Shown one piece after another: positions 35,269 through 44,157 of a DNA stretch of 64,000 bases (its first letter is position 1; every line of letters begins with the position of its first letter). The stretch is from an uncultured Candidatus Saccharibacteria bacterium (lineage in GTDB: Bacteria; Patescibacteriota; Minisyncoccia; Phycocordibacterales; PALSA-1337), in assembly GCA_964367745.1 (NCBI GenBank), contig CAYIYK010000001.1, positions 28,142 through 92,141 on the forward strand, in the 5' to 3' direction. The notes beneath the pieces are model-generated. The model had not been told where the DNA came from. It worked only from the letters and a program-made list of their open reading frames with translations, and did no database searches. The position numbers were made by a program, and so were the translations under genes.

Positions 35269-36648
35269 ATGGCAACAAAAACTGGAAAAAAAATAGTTCA
35301 AGATATTGTACCTGGAGATAGACGCTCTATCCGTAAGATCAATATAACAAAAGAGAAAAGACGTCCTGTGGTCGAAGAAGATGAGGATGAAGAGATTGAA
35401 GAAGAACAAGAGGAAAGTATCGAGGAAGAGGAGGAAGAAAAAGATGAAGAGATTGAAGAGATAATCTCTCGAAGGAAGACAAAAATAAAGAAAATAAGTT
35501 CTGGAGGAGGTTCATACAAATACTTACTAACTTTTGTTATTGTACTAGTATCTCTGGTTGTAATAGGAGTTGCTCTATCTTTATCATATTCAAAAGCGGT
35601 AGTTACTATTACACCGAAAGTTACGAATTTTGATATTAGCGGTACTTTCACTGCAAAGAAATCACTGACAAGTACGACAGAAGATTTTGGTTATGAAGTG
35701 ATCTCTGTTACAGATATGATGAGTCAAACTATTCCAGCAACAAAAGGTGCTTTGGTACAAACAAAAGCAAAAGGAACTGCAATCATATATAACAACTATT
35801 CTGCAACTGCCCAGACTATAGTCGCAGGTACAAGACTTTCAAATACTCAGGGGAATATATATAGAACAGCGACAACTGTAGTTGTTCCAGGTAAGAAGAC
35901 ATCACCAGGCAGTGTCTCTGTGGTTATTGTCGCAGATCAAGCTGGGGATAAGTACAATCTAAAGATTGCTGATTTGAAGGGTGATTTCAAACTTCCTGGT
36001 TATCAAGGTACTCCAAAGTATGCAGGATTTTATGCTAGATTAAAAACAGATGTAGCTGGTGGATATTTGGGTAATAAAATGACTATAAACGAGGAATCAA
36101 AAAAGACAGCAATCAAGGATATGCAGGATAGTCTAAAGGAACAGTTAATAACAAAACTAAAAGAAAATGTAACTCCAGATCATATACTTTATGAAGGCGC
36201 TTACAATGTAGAGTTCGAAGTGCCAGAACCTGTAATGAAAGGCAATGCAGATGCTGATCTTGTAGTAAGAGGAACTGCTTATGGAGCTATATTTAGCAGT
36301 GATACATTGATAAAATACATAGCAGGCAAAGAGATAAAGAAGTTCCCATCTGATACTTACAATATAACTGGTGATAAAGAATTAACATTTAATATTTCAA
36401 ATATAAAAGATTTCTCAGCAAAGAAAGCAACTCCACTTATCTTTACATTGAAAGGACCAATTGCCATCACCGGAACATTCTCTGAAGAGAAACTAAAAGA
36501 TGAATTAAAGGGTATAAATCTAAAGGATAGTAATGCAATTTTTGCAAAGTATTCTGCTATAGCAAATGCTTATGCTTTAATCACTCCTTTCTGGCTAAGG
36601 TCCTTCCCAAATTCTGTAGAAAAGATTACAATAGAGTATAAGCATTGA
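35269..36648 (+). CDS. hypothetical protein with an acidic low-complexity N-terminus, a single TM and a large extracytoplasmic domain
   Basis: EEDEDEEIEEEQEESIEEEEEEKDEEIEE, then the TM LLTFVIVLVSLVVIGVALSL, then about 350 aa. Confidence 0.35.
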   Translation: MATKTGKKIVQDIVPGDRRSIRKINITKEKRRPVVEEDEDEEIEEEQEESIEEEEEEKDEEIEEIISRRKTKIKKISSGGGSYKYLLTFVIVLVSLVVIGVALSLSYSKAVVTITPKVTNFDISGTFTAKKSLTSTTEDFGYEVISVTDMMSQTIPATKGALVQTKAKGTAIIYNNYSATAQTIVAGTRLSNTQGNIYRTATTVVVPGKKTSPGSVSVVIVADQAGDKYNLKIADLKGDFKLPGYQGTPKYAGFYARLKTDVAGGYLGNKMTINEESKKTAIKDMQDSLKEQLITKLKENVTPDHILYEGAYNVEFEVPEPVMKGNADADLVVRGTAYGAIFSSDTLIKYIAGKEIKKFPSDTYNITGDKELTFNISNIKDFSAKKATPLIFTLKGPIAITGTFSEEKLKDELKGINLKDSNAIFAKYSAIANAYALITPFWLRSFPNSVEKITIEYKH

Positions 36649-36691
36649 CTTATTGAGGGTAGTTATAGTAGTATGTATAAACCGAAAATTA

Positions 36692-36943
36692 ATGGTTTCT
36701 GAAATCAATCCAAAGATAAATAGTAGTCAAAAACAAAAGAGTACGACTACAGCATTTGGTGTTGTAACCGAAGCTTTACCAGATACCTTGTTTAAGGTAA
36801 AAATTGACGGAAAAGAGGAAACACAGCTTGCTTATTTAGCTGGGAAGATGCGAATGCATCGCATCAGAGTACTTATTGGCGATAAAGTCGAGCTTGAATT
36901 GGATCCTTATGGAGGTAGAGCACGTATTACAAAAAGATTTTAA
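36692..36943 (+). CDS. infA: translation initiation factor IF-1
   Basis: GVVTEALPDTLFKVKIDGKEETQLAYLAGKMRMHRIRVLIGDKVELELDPY is a near-canonical S1-like IF-1. Confidence 0.85.
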   Translation: MVSEINPKINSSQKQKSTTTAFGVVTEALPDTLFKVKIDGKEETQLAYLAGKMRMHRIRVLIGDKVELELDPYGGRARITKRF

Positions 36944-36973
36944 TCGCTAAAAGATTTCAATAATTAAAAGAAA

Positions 36974-37090
36974 ATGAAGGTTAAAGCATCTGTAAAGAAA
37001 ATTTGTCCAAAATGTAAAGTAGTTCGAAGAAAGGGCTACGTTTATGTTATATGCAAAGCTAATCCTAGACATAAGCAAAGACAAGGATAA
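36974..37090 (+). CDS. rpmJ: 50S ribosomal protein L36
   Basis: Hand translation gives [38 protein letters not shown], with the zinc-ribbon CxxC...C...H. It is absent from the ORF track because it is under 60 aa. Confidence 0.85.
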   Translation: MKVKASVKKICPKCKVVRRKGYVYVICKANPRHKQRQG

Positions 37091-37104
37091 TTAATTATAA
37101 TTTT

Positions 37105-37485
37105 ATGAGAATACTTGGTATAACAATTCCAGATACAAAAAGATTAGACATTGCACTTACAGTTTTATATGGTGTTGGTAGATCACGTGCAGTATTTATT
37201 TTAGAAAAAGCTAAAATCCCTAAGGATATAAAAGCAAAGGATCTAACTGTAGATCAAGAAAATGAAATAAGAAAGGTTATCGAAACATTTAAAATAGAAG
37301 GAGACCTAAAGCGAGAAGTAGCTTCAAACATAAAGAGACATAAGGACATAAAGACTTACAGAGGCTCAAGACACATAAGAAGACTACCAGCTAGAGGACA
37401 GAGAACAAAGACAAATTCAAGAACAATAAGAGGAAACATAAGAAAGACCATGGGATCAGGACGAAAGAAGGAAGAAAAGAAATAA
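37105..37485 (+). CDS. rpsM: 30S ribosomal protein S13
   Basis: MRILGITIPDTKRLDIALTVLYGVGRSRA. Confidence 0.9.
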   Translation: MRILGITIPDTKRLDIALTVLYGVGRSRAVFILEKAKIPKDIKAKDLTVDQENEIRKVIETFKIEGDLKREVASNIKRHKDIKTYRGSRHIRRLPARGQRTKTNSRTIRGNIRKTMGSGRKKEEKK

Positions 37486-37507
37486 TATCTAAATACTAAC
37501 GAATAAA

Positions 37508-37936
37508 ATGGTAAAGAAAAAAATTGAGACAACTGAAGCAGGAGCAAAAGAGAAAGCTGTAAAACAGCCGGCTACTTCTAGTAAGAAAAGACTAGACTCT
37601 GGTATTCTATATGTTCAATCAACTTACAATAACACTAAGGTTCTTCTAACAGATGAAGGAGGAAATGCTGTTATGTGGTCATCTTGTGGTACTCTAGGAT
37701 TTAAGGGTGCAAAGAAGGGTACACCATTTGCAGCTGCAAAAGTAGGAGAAACTCTAGCTCTAAAGGCAGAAGCTCTAGGACTTAAGGATATTAAGGTTGT
37801 TGTTAAGGGTGTTGGTTCTGGAAGAGAGTCAGCAATCCGAGGCTTTATCTCAAGAGGGGTAAATATTTCATCAATAAAGGACGAGACTCCAGTGCCTCAT
37901 AACGGACCACAGGCAAAGAAGCCACGAAGAGTATAA
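37508..37936 (+). CDS. rpsK: 30S ribosomal protein S11
   Basis: GILYVQSTYNNTKVLLTDEGGNAVMWSSCGTLGFKGAKKGTPFAA. Confidence 0.9.
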   Translation: MVKKKIETTEAGAKEKAVKQPATSSKKRLDSGILYVQSTYNNTKVLLTDEGGNAVMWSSCGTLGFKGAKKGTPFAAAKVGETLALKAEALGLKDIKVVVKGVGSGRESAIRGFISRGVNISSIKDETPVPHNGPQAKKPRRV

Positions 37937-37958
37937 TAAATATAATATATAATTTTTT

Positions 37959-38570
37959 ATGAAAATTGGACCAAGATATAAAATTGCAAGAAGACTAGGA
38001 GTGCCTGTATTCGAAAAGACACAGACACAGAAATTTGCTATTCGTACAGAACAAAAGAGAGCAAATAGTAAATCTTCAAAACCTAGAACAAAAAGTGATT
38101 ACGGACTTGGTCTATTGGAAAAGCAAAAAGCTAGATACAGTTACGGTGTAACTAGTAAGCAATTTGGTAACTATGTTGCAAAGGCTACTGAAGCAAAGGG
38201 TAATTCTAGTGAAATATTGGTAAGTCTACTTGAGAGTCGATTTGATAATATCGCATTCAGATCAGGATTTGCTACTACTCGACAAGCTGCAAGACAAATG
38301 ACTTCTCATGGTCATCTTACAATAAACGGCAAGATCGTAACTATTCCTTCGTATCAAGTTAAAGTTGGAGATATTATTGCTATCCGAGAAGGAAGTAAGA
38401 AGAAAGCTATTTTTTCAACACTAGGCGACAGACTAAAGACTGTTAAAGTTCCATCATGGTTAAAACTCAATGTAGAGAAGTATGAGATAAAGGTTGAGGG
38501 TATACCGAAAGTTCCGTCTACGGAGTTGTTATTCAATGTAGGATCAGTTTTGGAATTTTATAGTCGTTAG
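37959..38570 (+). CDS. rpsD: 30S ribosomal protein S4
   Basis: RYKIARRLGVPVF...LESRFDNIAFRSGFATTRQAARQMTSHGHLTINGKIVTIPSYQVKVGD. Confidence 0.9.
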   Translation: MKIGPRYKIARRLGVPVFEKTQTQKFAIRTEQKRANSKSSKPRTKSDYGLGLLEKQKARYSYGVTSKQFGNYVAKATEAKGNSSEILVSLLESRFDNIAFRSGFATTRQAARQMTSHGHLTINGKIVTIPSYQVKVGDIIAIREGSKKKAIFSTLGDRLKTVKVPSWLKLNVEKYEIKVEGIPKVPSTELLFNVGSVLEFYSR

Positions 38571-38611
38571 TATTAATAAGTGAATGCAAATTAATTTTTA
38601 ATAAAAAATAT

Positions 38612-39577
38612 ATGTCAAATCATTCAATAATTGTTCCATCAAAGCCAAAAATAATCCGAGAGGAGGGTTTTAGTGGTGTATATGAAATTGATGGTCTATA
38701 CCCAGGATACGGACATACACTAGGAAATTCTCTTAGAAGAATTATCCTATCATCTCTACCAGGATCAGCAGTTACTCGAGTAAAGATCAAGGGAGTTGAA
38801 CACGAATTTTCAACAATAGAGGGTGTAAAGGAAGATGTTATAACTCTACTTTTGAGTCTAAAGAAATTGAGAATCAGACTTATAACTGATGAACCACAAA
38901 CAATCACTCTAAAAGCAAAGGGTGTTAAGACTCTTACAGCAAAGGATATAGAAGTTCCTGGACAAGTAGAAATCCTAAACCCAGATCTACATATCGTTAC
39001 TCTTACAGATAAGAGTTCAGATTTCGAAGCAGAAATAACTGTAGAAAAGGGTCTTGGTTATGTTTCAAAAGATGTATTAACAAAAGACAGAGTTGATATA
39101 GGTGTTATATCACTTGATGCTACTTTTACTCCTATCAAGAAAGTAAACTATGAAGTAGAAAATATGCGAGTTGGAGATCGAACAGATTTCAACAGACTAA
39201 GAATCTCTATAGAAACAGATGGAACTCTAACAGCAAAGGAAGCTTTGGAGAATTCAATTTCACTTATGATTATGCAACTTAAGTCTATTGTAGGATTTAA
39301 GGAAGAGGAGGTTGTTGTTCCTGAAAAAGAAGAATCTTCAGATTCAAAGGAATCAGGAGCAAAGGAGGAGATGGATGTTGAATTCCTAAAGACAAGAATT
39401 GACGCTATCGGACTTTCTCCAAGAACAACTAAAGCTCTTACAAGTGCAAACATAAGAACAGTAGGAGGACTTGCAAGAAAGAAGGAAATTGATATCTTGG
39501 ATATTGAAGGACTAGGAAGTAAGGGTATTCAAGAGATCAAGAAAGTGCTTTCACAATACGGTATAACATTAAAGTAA
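38612..39577 (+). CDS. rpoA: DNA-directed RNA polymerase alpha subunit
   Basis: LYPGYGHTLGNSLRRIILSSLPGSAVTRVKI. C-terminal alphaCTD helix-hairpin-helix. Confidence 0.9.
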   Translation: MSNHSIIVPSKPKIIREEGFSGVYEIDGLYPGYGHTLGNSLRRIILSSLPGSAVTRVKIKGVEHEFSTIEGVKEDVITLLLSLKKLRIRLITDEPQTITLKAKGVKTLTAKDIEVPGQVEILNPDLHIVTLTDKSSDFEAEITVEKGLGYVSKDVLTKDRVDIGVISLDATFTPIKKVNYEVENMRVGDRTDFNRLRISIETDGTLTAKEALENSISLMIMQLKSIVGFKEEEVVVPEKEESSDSKESGAKEEMDVEFLKTRIDAIGLSPRTTKALTSANIRTVGGLARKKEIDILDIEGLGSKGIQEIKKVLSQYGITLK

Positions 39578-39600
39578 AAGAATAATTAAAGAATAAATTT

Positions 39601-39951
39601 ATGAGACACCATTCAGTAAAACGAAAATTCGGACTAGAGAAAGATCAAAGAAACGCTTTGATGCGTTCTCTTGCGCGAAATCTTATAAATGAAAATAAAA
39701 TCGAGACTACTCTTGCAAAAGCAAAGGAGCTACGACCTTATGTTGAAAAGCTAGTTACAAAGGCAAAGACTGGTACTATCGCTTCAAGAAGAGTTGTTAT
39801 TTCTAAGCTAGGTGGAGAATCAGAAACAAAAGTTCTTTTTGATACAATAGCAAAGAAGTATATGGACCGAAACGGGGGATATATAAGAATTATTAAGATG
39901 GCACCAAGAAAGCTTGACGCAGCCCCTATGGCCATGATTGAATTTGTATAA
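39601..39951 (+). CDS. rplQ: 50S ribosomal protein L17
   Basis: MRHHSVKRKFGLEKDQRNALMRSLARNLI. Confidence 0.9.
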   Translation: MRHHSVKRKFGLEKDQRNALMRSLARNLINENKIETTLAKAKELRPYVEKLVTKAKTGTIASRRVVISKLGGESETKVLFDTIAKKYMDRNGGYIRIIKMAPRKLDAAPMAMIEFV

Positions 39952-39955
39952 TACT

Positions 39956-40309
39956 ATGAATAATATGAATCACACTATAGACGCACAAGGAAAGAAGCTA
40001 GGACGAGTTGCAAGTGAAGCAGCGAGTTTACTTAATGGAAAGAGAACTGTTTCTTATACTAGAAACAAAGTATCAGGAGTTAAGGTAAGTATCATAAATA
40101 CAAGTAAAGCTGATTTTGATATCAAGAAGCTAAAAGAAAAAGAATATATAACATTCACAGGATTTAGAGGTGGTCTATATACAGAATCTCTAGAACATTT
40201 GATTGCTCGAAAGGGTACAAAGGAAGTTTTTGAAAGAGCAGTATACAGAATGCTTCCTTCAAATACTTTGAGAAAGCAAATAATGAAGAATTTAACTATT
40301 ACAGAATAA
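39956..40309 (+). CDS. rplM: 50S ribosomal protein L13
   Basis: DAQGKKLGRVASEAASLLNGKRTVSYTRNKVSGVKVSIINTSKA. The internal Met is used as the start because the ORF-track start overlaps rplQ. Confidence 0.85.
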   Translation: MNNMNHTIDAQGKKLGRVASEAASLLNGKRTVSYTRNKVSGVKVSIINTSKADFDIKKLKEKEYITFTGFRGGLYTESLEHLIARKGTKEVFERAVYRMLPSNTLRKQIMKNLTITE

Positions 40310-40310
40310 T

Positions 40311-40733
40311 ATGGAAAAAAATACAACTACAAAGTCATCAGAGAGATATATTGAAGCAATCGGAAGACGAAAGACTGCTTCTGCTCGAGTACGAATCACT
40401 CCATCAGCAAAGATGTCATATGACATAAATGGTAAGACTGTAGAAGAATATTTTCCTACAACAGAGCTAAGATCAACAGCTGTTGAATCTATAAAGGAAT
40501 CAAAACTTTCAGAAACAAAGTTTAAGATCACAGTGGTAGCAAAGGGTGGAGGTATAAGTGGACAAGCAGATGCTATGAGACTAGGTATCGCTAGAGCACT
40601 TATCGTTTATGATAAGGAACTAAGAGGAAAGCTAAAGAAAGCAGGACTTCTAAAGAGAGATCCAAGAGCAAAAGAAAGACGTAAGTTCGGTCTAAAGAAA
40701 GCTCGAAAGTCACCTCAGTGGAGTAAGAGATAA
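40311..40733 (+). CDS. rpsI: 30S ribosomal protein S9
   Basis: YIEAIGRRKTASARVRI...GGGISGQADAMRLGIARAL...KRDPRAKERRKFGLKKARKSPQWSKR. Confidence 0.9.
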   Translation: MEKNTTTKSSERYIEAIGRRKTASARVRITPSAKMSYDINGKTVEEYFPTTELRSTAVESIKESKLSETKFKITVVAKGGGISGQADAMRLGIARALIVYDKELRGKLKKAGLLKRDPRAKERRKFGLKKARKSPQWSKR

Positions 40734-40744
40734 TAAAGTAAAAA

Positions 40745-40771
40745 GCGCATTGGGAAACCAATGCGCTTTTG
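40745..40771. terminator. bidirectional terminator
   Basis: gcgcattgg-gaaa-ccaatgcgc followed by ttttg. Confidence 0.6.
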
Positions 40772-40788
40772 CGAGAAGATGATTCAGG

Positions 40789-41163
40789 TCAATTCAATGG
40801 GCCAACAACAACACGGTAAGACTCAAGGTTGGTGCTATTTTGATTTGCTTCAGCAATTCGGGCTTCAATGAAAAACTTCGTCTTGTCTGTAATTATCTTC
40901 TTTAGTCGACAACCTGATATGTTTGTATCAAGGTATGCTTGATCCTTCCATTTTCTCCTATCGAAACTTGAAGGAGGGTTCACGAAAGTTATTGTTAATA
41001 CAAGCTGCCAACTTCCATGACCATCATCGACACCCATGACCCCAATATGCTCAATGAGTGTACCACTCACTTCAAGAATATCTAGAGCTTGTAATATCTC
41101 GTTGAACATCGCGGAGTATTGATCATTTTTGATCCTACAATCCTCCTCTATCGTGATCTTCAT
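40789..41163 (-). CDS. hypothetical protein (124 aa)
   Basis: ORF track. Confidence 0.35.
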   Translation of the reverse strand: MKITIEEDCRIKNDQYSAMFNEILQALDILEVSGTLIEHIGVMGVDDGHGSWQLVLTITFVNPPSSFDRRKWKDQAYLDTNISGCRLKKIITDKTKFFIEARIAEANQNSTNLESYRVVVGPLN

Positions 41164-41274
41164 AACTATCTCTGCTTTCTAGTGCTAAGCACTTTTAATT
41201 GCTGCATTTCAAGGTTGCAGTTACCGTTTAAAATATATCATAAAAATTTGATTTGTAAAGACATGGCAAAAATT

Positions 41275-41309
41275 ACAAACTTTTCTTTTATCTAGATTTT
41301 ATATATACT
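41275..41309 (+). promoter_or_regulatory. copy 1 of a 35-bp perfect direct repeat acaaacttttcttttatctagattttatatatact; a putative promoter/operator containing the 8-bp palindrome ATCTAGAT
   Basis: Identical to 41819-41853. It ends 9 nt before the Nudix start codon and contains a -10-like TATATA. Confidence 0.55.
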
Positions 41310-41318
41310 TGAAATTAA

Positions 41319-41813
41319 ATGGAAATTAAATCTACAATAGACTGGAAAGATAAAAACTTTGACATTATATATCGAGACATAGATAACGAAAGTGAATTGG
41401 AAGGTAGAAAAGTTTCATCAGTTCATGCATGGTGTTTCTGTGGAGATAAGATGGTTATTGTTTATGCAAAGAAAAAAGATATTTGGACACCACCTGGAGG
41501 AAGGGTGGAAGAAGGAGAAAATTGTGTTGATGCTATGATACGAGAAGTAAAGGAAGAATCAAATATGAAGGTTCTGAAATGGAAGTTTATTGGTTATCAG
41601 GATATCCATGAATCTAAAGGTGTATCGACTCAAGTTAGATTTGTATGTATCGTGGAGCCATATGGTGATTTTATTAAAGATCCTGACGAGGGAGATATTA
41701 CTGAAATAAAGCTTATAGATCCAAAGGATTTTAATAAGCAATATTTCAACTGGAAAGAAATAGGTGATCATATTACAAAGCGAGCATTGGAGTTGAAAGA
41801 AAAATTTGAATAA
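41319..41813 (+). CDS. Nudix hydrolase
   Basis: Nudix box GGRVEEGENCVDAMIREVKEESN, matching GX5EX7REUXEEXGU. Confidence 0.8.
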   Translation: MEIKSTIDWKDKNFDIIYRDIDNESELEGRKVSSVHAWCFCGDKMVIVYAKKKDIWTPPGGRVEEGENCVDAMIREVKEESNMKVLKWKFIGYQDIHESKGVSTQVRFVCIVEPYGDFIKDPDEGDITEIKLIDPKDFNKQYFNWKEIGDHITKRALELKEKFE

Positions 41814-41818
41814 AAAAT

Positions 41819-41853
41819 ACAAACTTTTCTTTTATCTAGATTTTATATATACT
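41819..41853 (+). promoter_or_regulatory. copy 2 of the 35-bp perfect direct repeat, 8 nt upstream of grpE
   Basis: Seen directly. 35/35 identity with 41275-41309. Confidence 0.55.
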
Positions 41854-41861
41854 AAAACTAT

Positions 41862-42404
41862 ATGAAAGATGAAAATGATATCACAATTGAAAAAGATGAA
41901 AACCTAGACGATTCTGTTGTTGTTGAAGACAATGCGACTGAAACAGTTAAGGTTCTAAAAGAAAAACTAAGGAAGGCTATTGATGAGAAACAAGAGTATC
42001 TAAATTCTTGGCAAAGAGACAAAGCTGACTTCATGAATGCAAGAAGAAGAGATCAAGAAGCTCAAAAGGACTTTGCTCGTTTTTCTAATGAAAGTCTAAT
42101 ATCTGAACTTATACCTGTTCTTGATAGTTTTAATATAGCAATGGGGAATAGAGAAGTATGGGAAAAGGCAGATAAAAACTGGAGAGTAGGTGTTGAATAT
42201 ATTGCAAATCAACTTAAGAAGGTTTTAGAAGAATTTGGTCTAAAAGAAATAGATCCTCTAGGTAAGACTTTTGACCCTATGCGAGATGAAGCTATTGAGG
42301 ATGGTAAGGCCAGTGATATCGTCACGACAGTCATCCAGAAGGGCTACGAGCTCCATGGTAAGGTTTTGAAGGCTCCAAAGGTGAAGATAGGGGAGAGTAA
42401 ATAA
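41862..42404 (+). CDS. grpE: nucleotide exchange factor GrpE
   Basis: Coiled-coil N-terminus, then FDPMRDEAI...GYELHGKVLKAPKVKIGE. Confidence 0.85.
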   Translation: MKDENDITIEKDENLDDSVVVEDNATETVKVLKEKLRKAIDEKQEYLNSWQRDKADFMNARRRDQEAQKDFARFSNESLISELIPVLDSFNIAMGNREVWEKADKNWRVGVEYIANQLKKVLEEFGLKEIDPLGKTFDPMRDEAIEDGKASDIVTTVIQKGYELHGKVLKAPKVKIGESK

Positions 42405-42409
42405 AAACA

Positions 42410-42435
42410 CCCCTTTTGATAAGGGGCGTTTTTGC
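42410..42435. terminator. bidirectional terminator
   Basis: cacccctttt-gat-aaggggcg followed by tttttg. Confidence 0.55.
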
Positions 42436-42779
42436 TATATTTTGACTTCTTTCTTAATATCCTTCCAATGCGACTTTAGTACCTTAATCGTTCTATCCAA
42501 TTCCTCTGGGTCGATATTCTTTATCGTCTCATATTTCTTTGCTACGGTATCGATGACTTTATGATATTCAACTTCTGTTAATTCTTTCATATTCTCTAGT
42601 TGCTCCATAACATCACCTTTCATCTTTATTGACCAAGATTTAATAGCTTTTCTTCGTGCCGGTCCCTTCGTTGAACCATAAAGGAAATATGCTCCAGCAA
42701 CAGTAGCAGCCAATGCTCCAACTCCCAAACCTATAGCGACACTATGGTTACTAGTTTTCTTTTGAATTATTTTTTTCAT
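42435..42779 (-). CDS. YtxH-like small membrane-associated protein
   Basis: N-terminal VAIGLGVGALAATVAGAYFLYGSTKGPARRK fits the YtxH pattern Gly-zipper + SGKETR. Confidence 0.45.
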   Translation of the reverse strand: MKKIIQKKTSNHSVAIGLGVGALAATVAGAYFLYGSTKGPARRKAIKSWSIKMKGDVMEQLENMKELTEVEYHKVIDTVAKKYETIKNIDPEELDRTIKVLKSHWKDIKKEVKI

Positions 42780-43078
42780 TATTTATTATTGTTAGACCTA
42801 TTAGTAGATTTTCGGAAACGGAATAGGTTTCGAATAACCTTGATTAGAGAAAGAATAATTGATGAACCATTCATTAGTTCATAATTAACTTCTTTACGAA
42901 TAAGCTTTATGTCTTCGGCTATATCTGCACTTCCACTGCGAGCGATTCGAGATATTTCCCGAATGTCGGCAAGTATTTTTGCAATATAGAAAAGGATAAT
43001 GGCAGATATGATTCCAAGTATTATTACAATGATGGTTGTAATGAAGAAGAAGATATCTGCATGAATTAAGCTTTCCAT
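42779..43078 (-). CDS. DUF948-like membrane protein
   Basis: N-terminal TM IFFFITTIIVIILGIISAIILFYIAKIL followed by a coiled region. It neighbours the YtxH-like gene as in the Firmicutes ytxG-ytxH pair. Confidence 0.4.
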   Translation of the reverse strand: MESLIHADIFFFITTIIVIILGIISAIILFYIAKILADIREISRIARSGSADIAEDIKLIRKEVNYELMNGSSIILSLIKVIRNLFRFRKSTNRSNNNK

Positions 43079-43150
43079 AGTTGAAGCATACCATATATAA
43101 AAAGAAAAGGCGGTCCTATGAGGGAACCGCGATTTGTGAGACTGGCACAG

Positions 43151-43471
43151 TTAGTTGTTGATTTCGTAAAGATCTCTAATGAGGATATGACGCTCGGGTG
43201 TCATTACCTTTCTGAGATAACTTTGTTGGATTTTTCTGACCCTCTGTTCGGTAATATTAAAAAGGTCAGCAATATCTTCTTCAGAGAAAATTACACCGGG
43301 ATAATACCCAAAAAGTAGCTTGAAAACTCTTTTCTCTTTCATATTGAGAACACTTACTATCTCAGTAATTTTGCTCGTCCTGTGTTCTCTAATGATTGCT
43401 GGATCACTAATACCCCGCTTGGAGTATGGAGTGGCTGTATCGATTATGATCTCATTAAATAGTGCATTCAT
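43151..43471 (-). CDS. stand-alone sigma-70 region-4 HTH domain protein (106 aa)
   Basis: KEKRVFKLLFGYYPGVIFSEEDIADLFNITEQRVRKIQQSYLRKV matches sigma region 4.2. Confidence 0.5.
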   Translation of the reverse strand: MNALFNEIIIDTATPYSKRGISDPAIIREHRTSKITEIVSVLNMKEKRVFKLLFGYYPGVIFSEEDIADLFNITEQRVRKIQQSYLRKVMTPERHILIRDLYEINN

Positions 43472-43552
43472 ATGTTATTTCCTGTCAAATAATAATACTA
43501 ATATAATACATTGTCAATACTTGCCAAATACTAAATTTGTTATAATACGGGC

Positions 43553-43849
43553 ATGTTAGCTATTCCAACTAAACAACTGAATAGCATATTCGAGAGAATA
43601 ATACGAGACAAAAATGGTATTTTAGTTCGTATTCGTTTTACTGTAGTTGAAATAAACGGGAAGTTTCAACCTGTTATTATTTCTGCTGAAGCTTTAGTAA
43701 AAAATAAAGAAGAAGTAGTTTTTCTTCCTAAAGAAATATCAAAGAAAGATATTGCTCTAGATACTACTCCTAGTTTTATTTCCATTTTATCTCCATATAT
43801 AAATTTAGATTTTTTCATGAGTCAACCAACTAGAGCGCCGTCTATGTAA
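43553..43849 (+). CDS. hypothetical protein (98 aa)
   Basis: ORF track. Confidence 0.3.
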   Translation: MLAIPTKQLNSIFERIIRDKNGILVRIRFTVVEINGKFQPVIISAEALVKNKEEVVFLPKEISKKDIALDTTPSFISILSPYINLDFFMSQPTRAPSM

Positions 43850-43916
43850 AAGAAAAGGCATCCATTGTGGATGCCAACTAGGATTCCATTCAACCCCAAA
43901 AGTGATTTATGATCAG

Positions 43917-44090
43917 AACCAACGATACCTTGAATTAAAGCTCCCAATAATTCCCACGATAAGGGTTAAGACAAAGCAAGTAATAAAGGTAACAAGGAGG
44001 CTGCCAGTTATTGCGCAGGTTATCATTCCAAGAATACCAAACATGATTGTTGAGGTGATCCCACTAGTAGAAGATTTACTTTTCATCTGG
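43917..44090 (-). CDS. possible small membrane protein (about 57 aa)
   Basis: Hand translation of the minus strand gives MKSKSSTSGITSTIMFGILGMITCAITGSLLVTFITCFVLTLIVGIIGSFNSRYRWF. Confidence 0.25.
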
Positions 44091-44157
44091 CAACAAAATA
44101 TACCATTATATAAGATTTGTCAAGTGTCAATTATAAATTAATTAAAATAAAAACAAT

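Noticed and set aside
41164-41200. CIRCE/HrcA operator near grpE/dnaK (tagtgctaagcact)
   Set aside because: It is a 6-bp palindrome with a 1-nt spacer, not TTAGCACTC-N9-GAGTGCTAA. No CIRCE is upstream of dnaK either.
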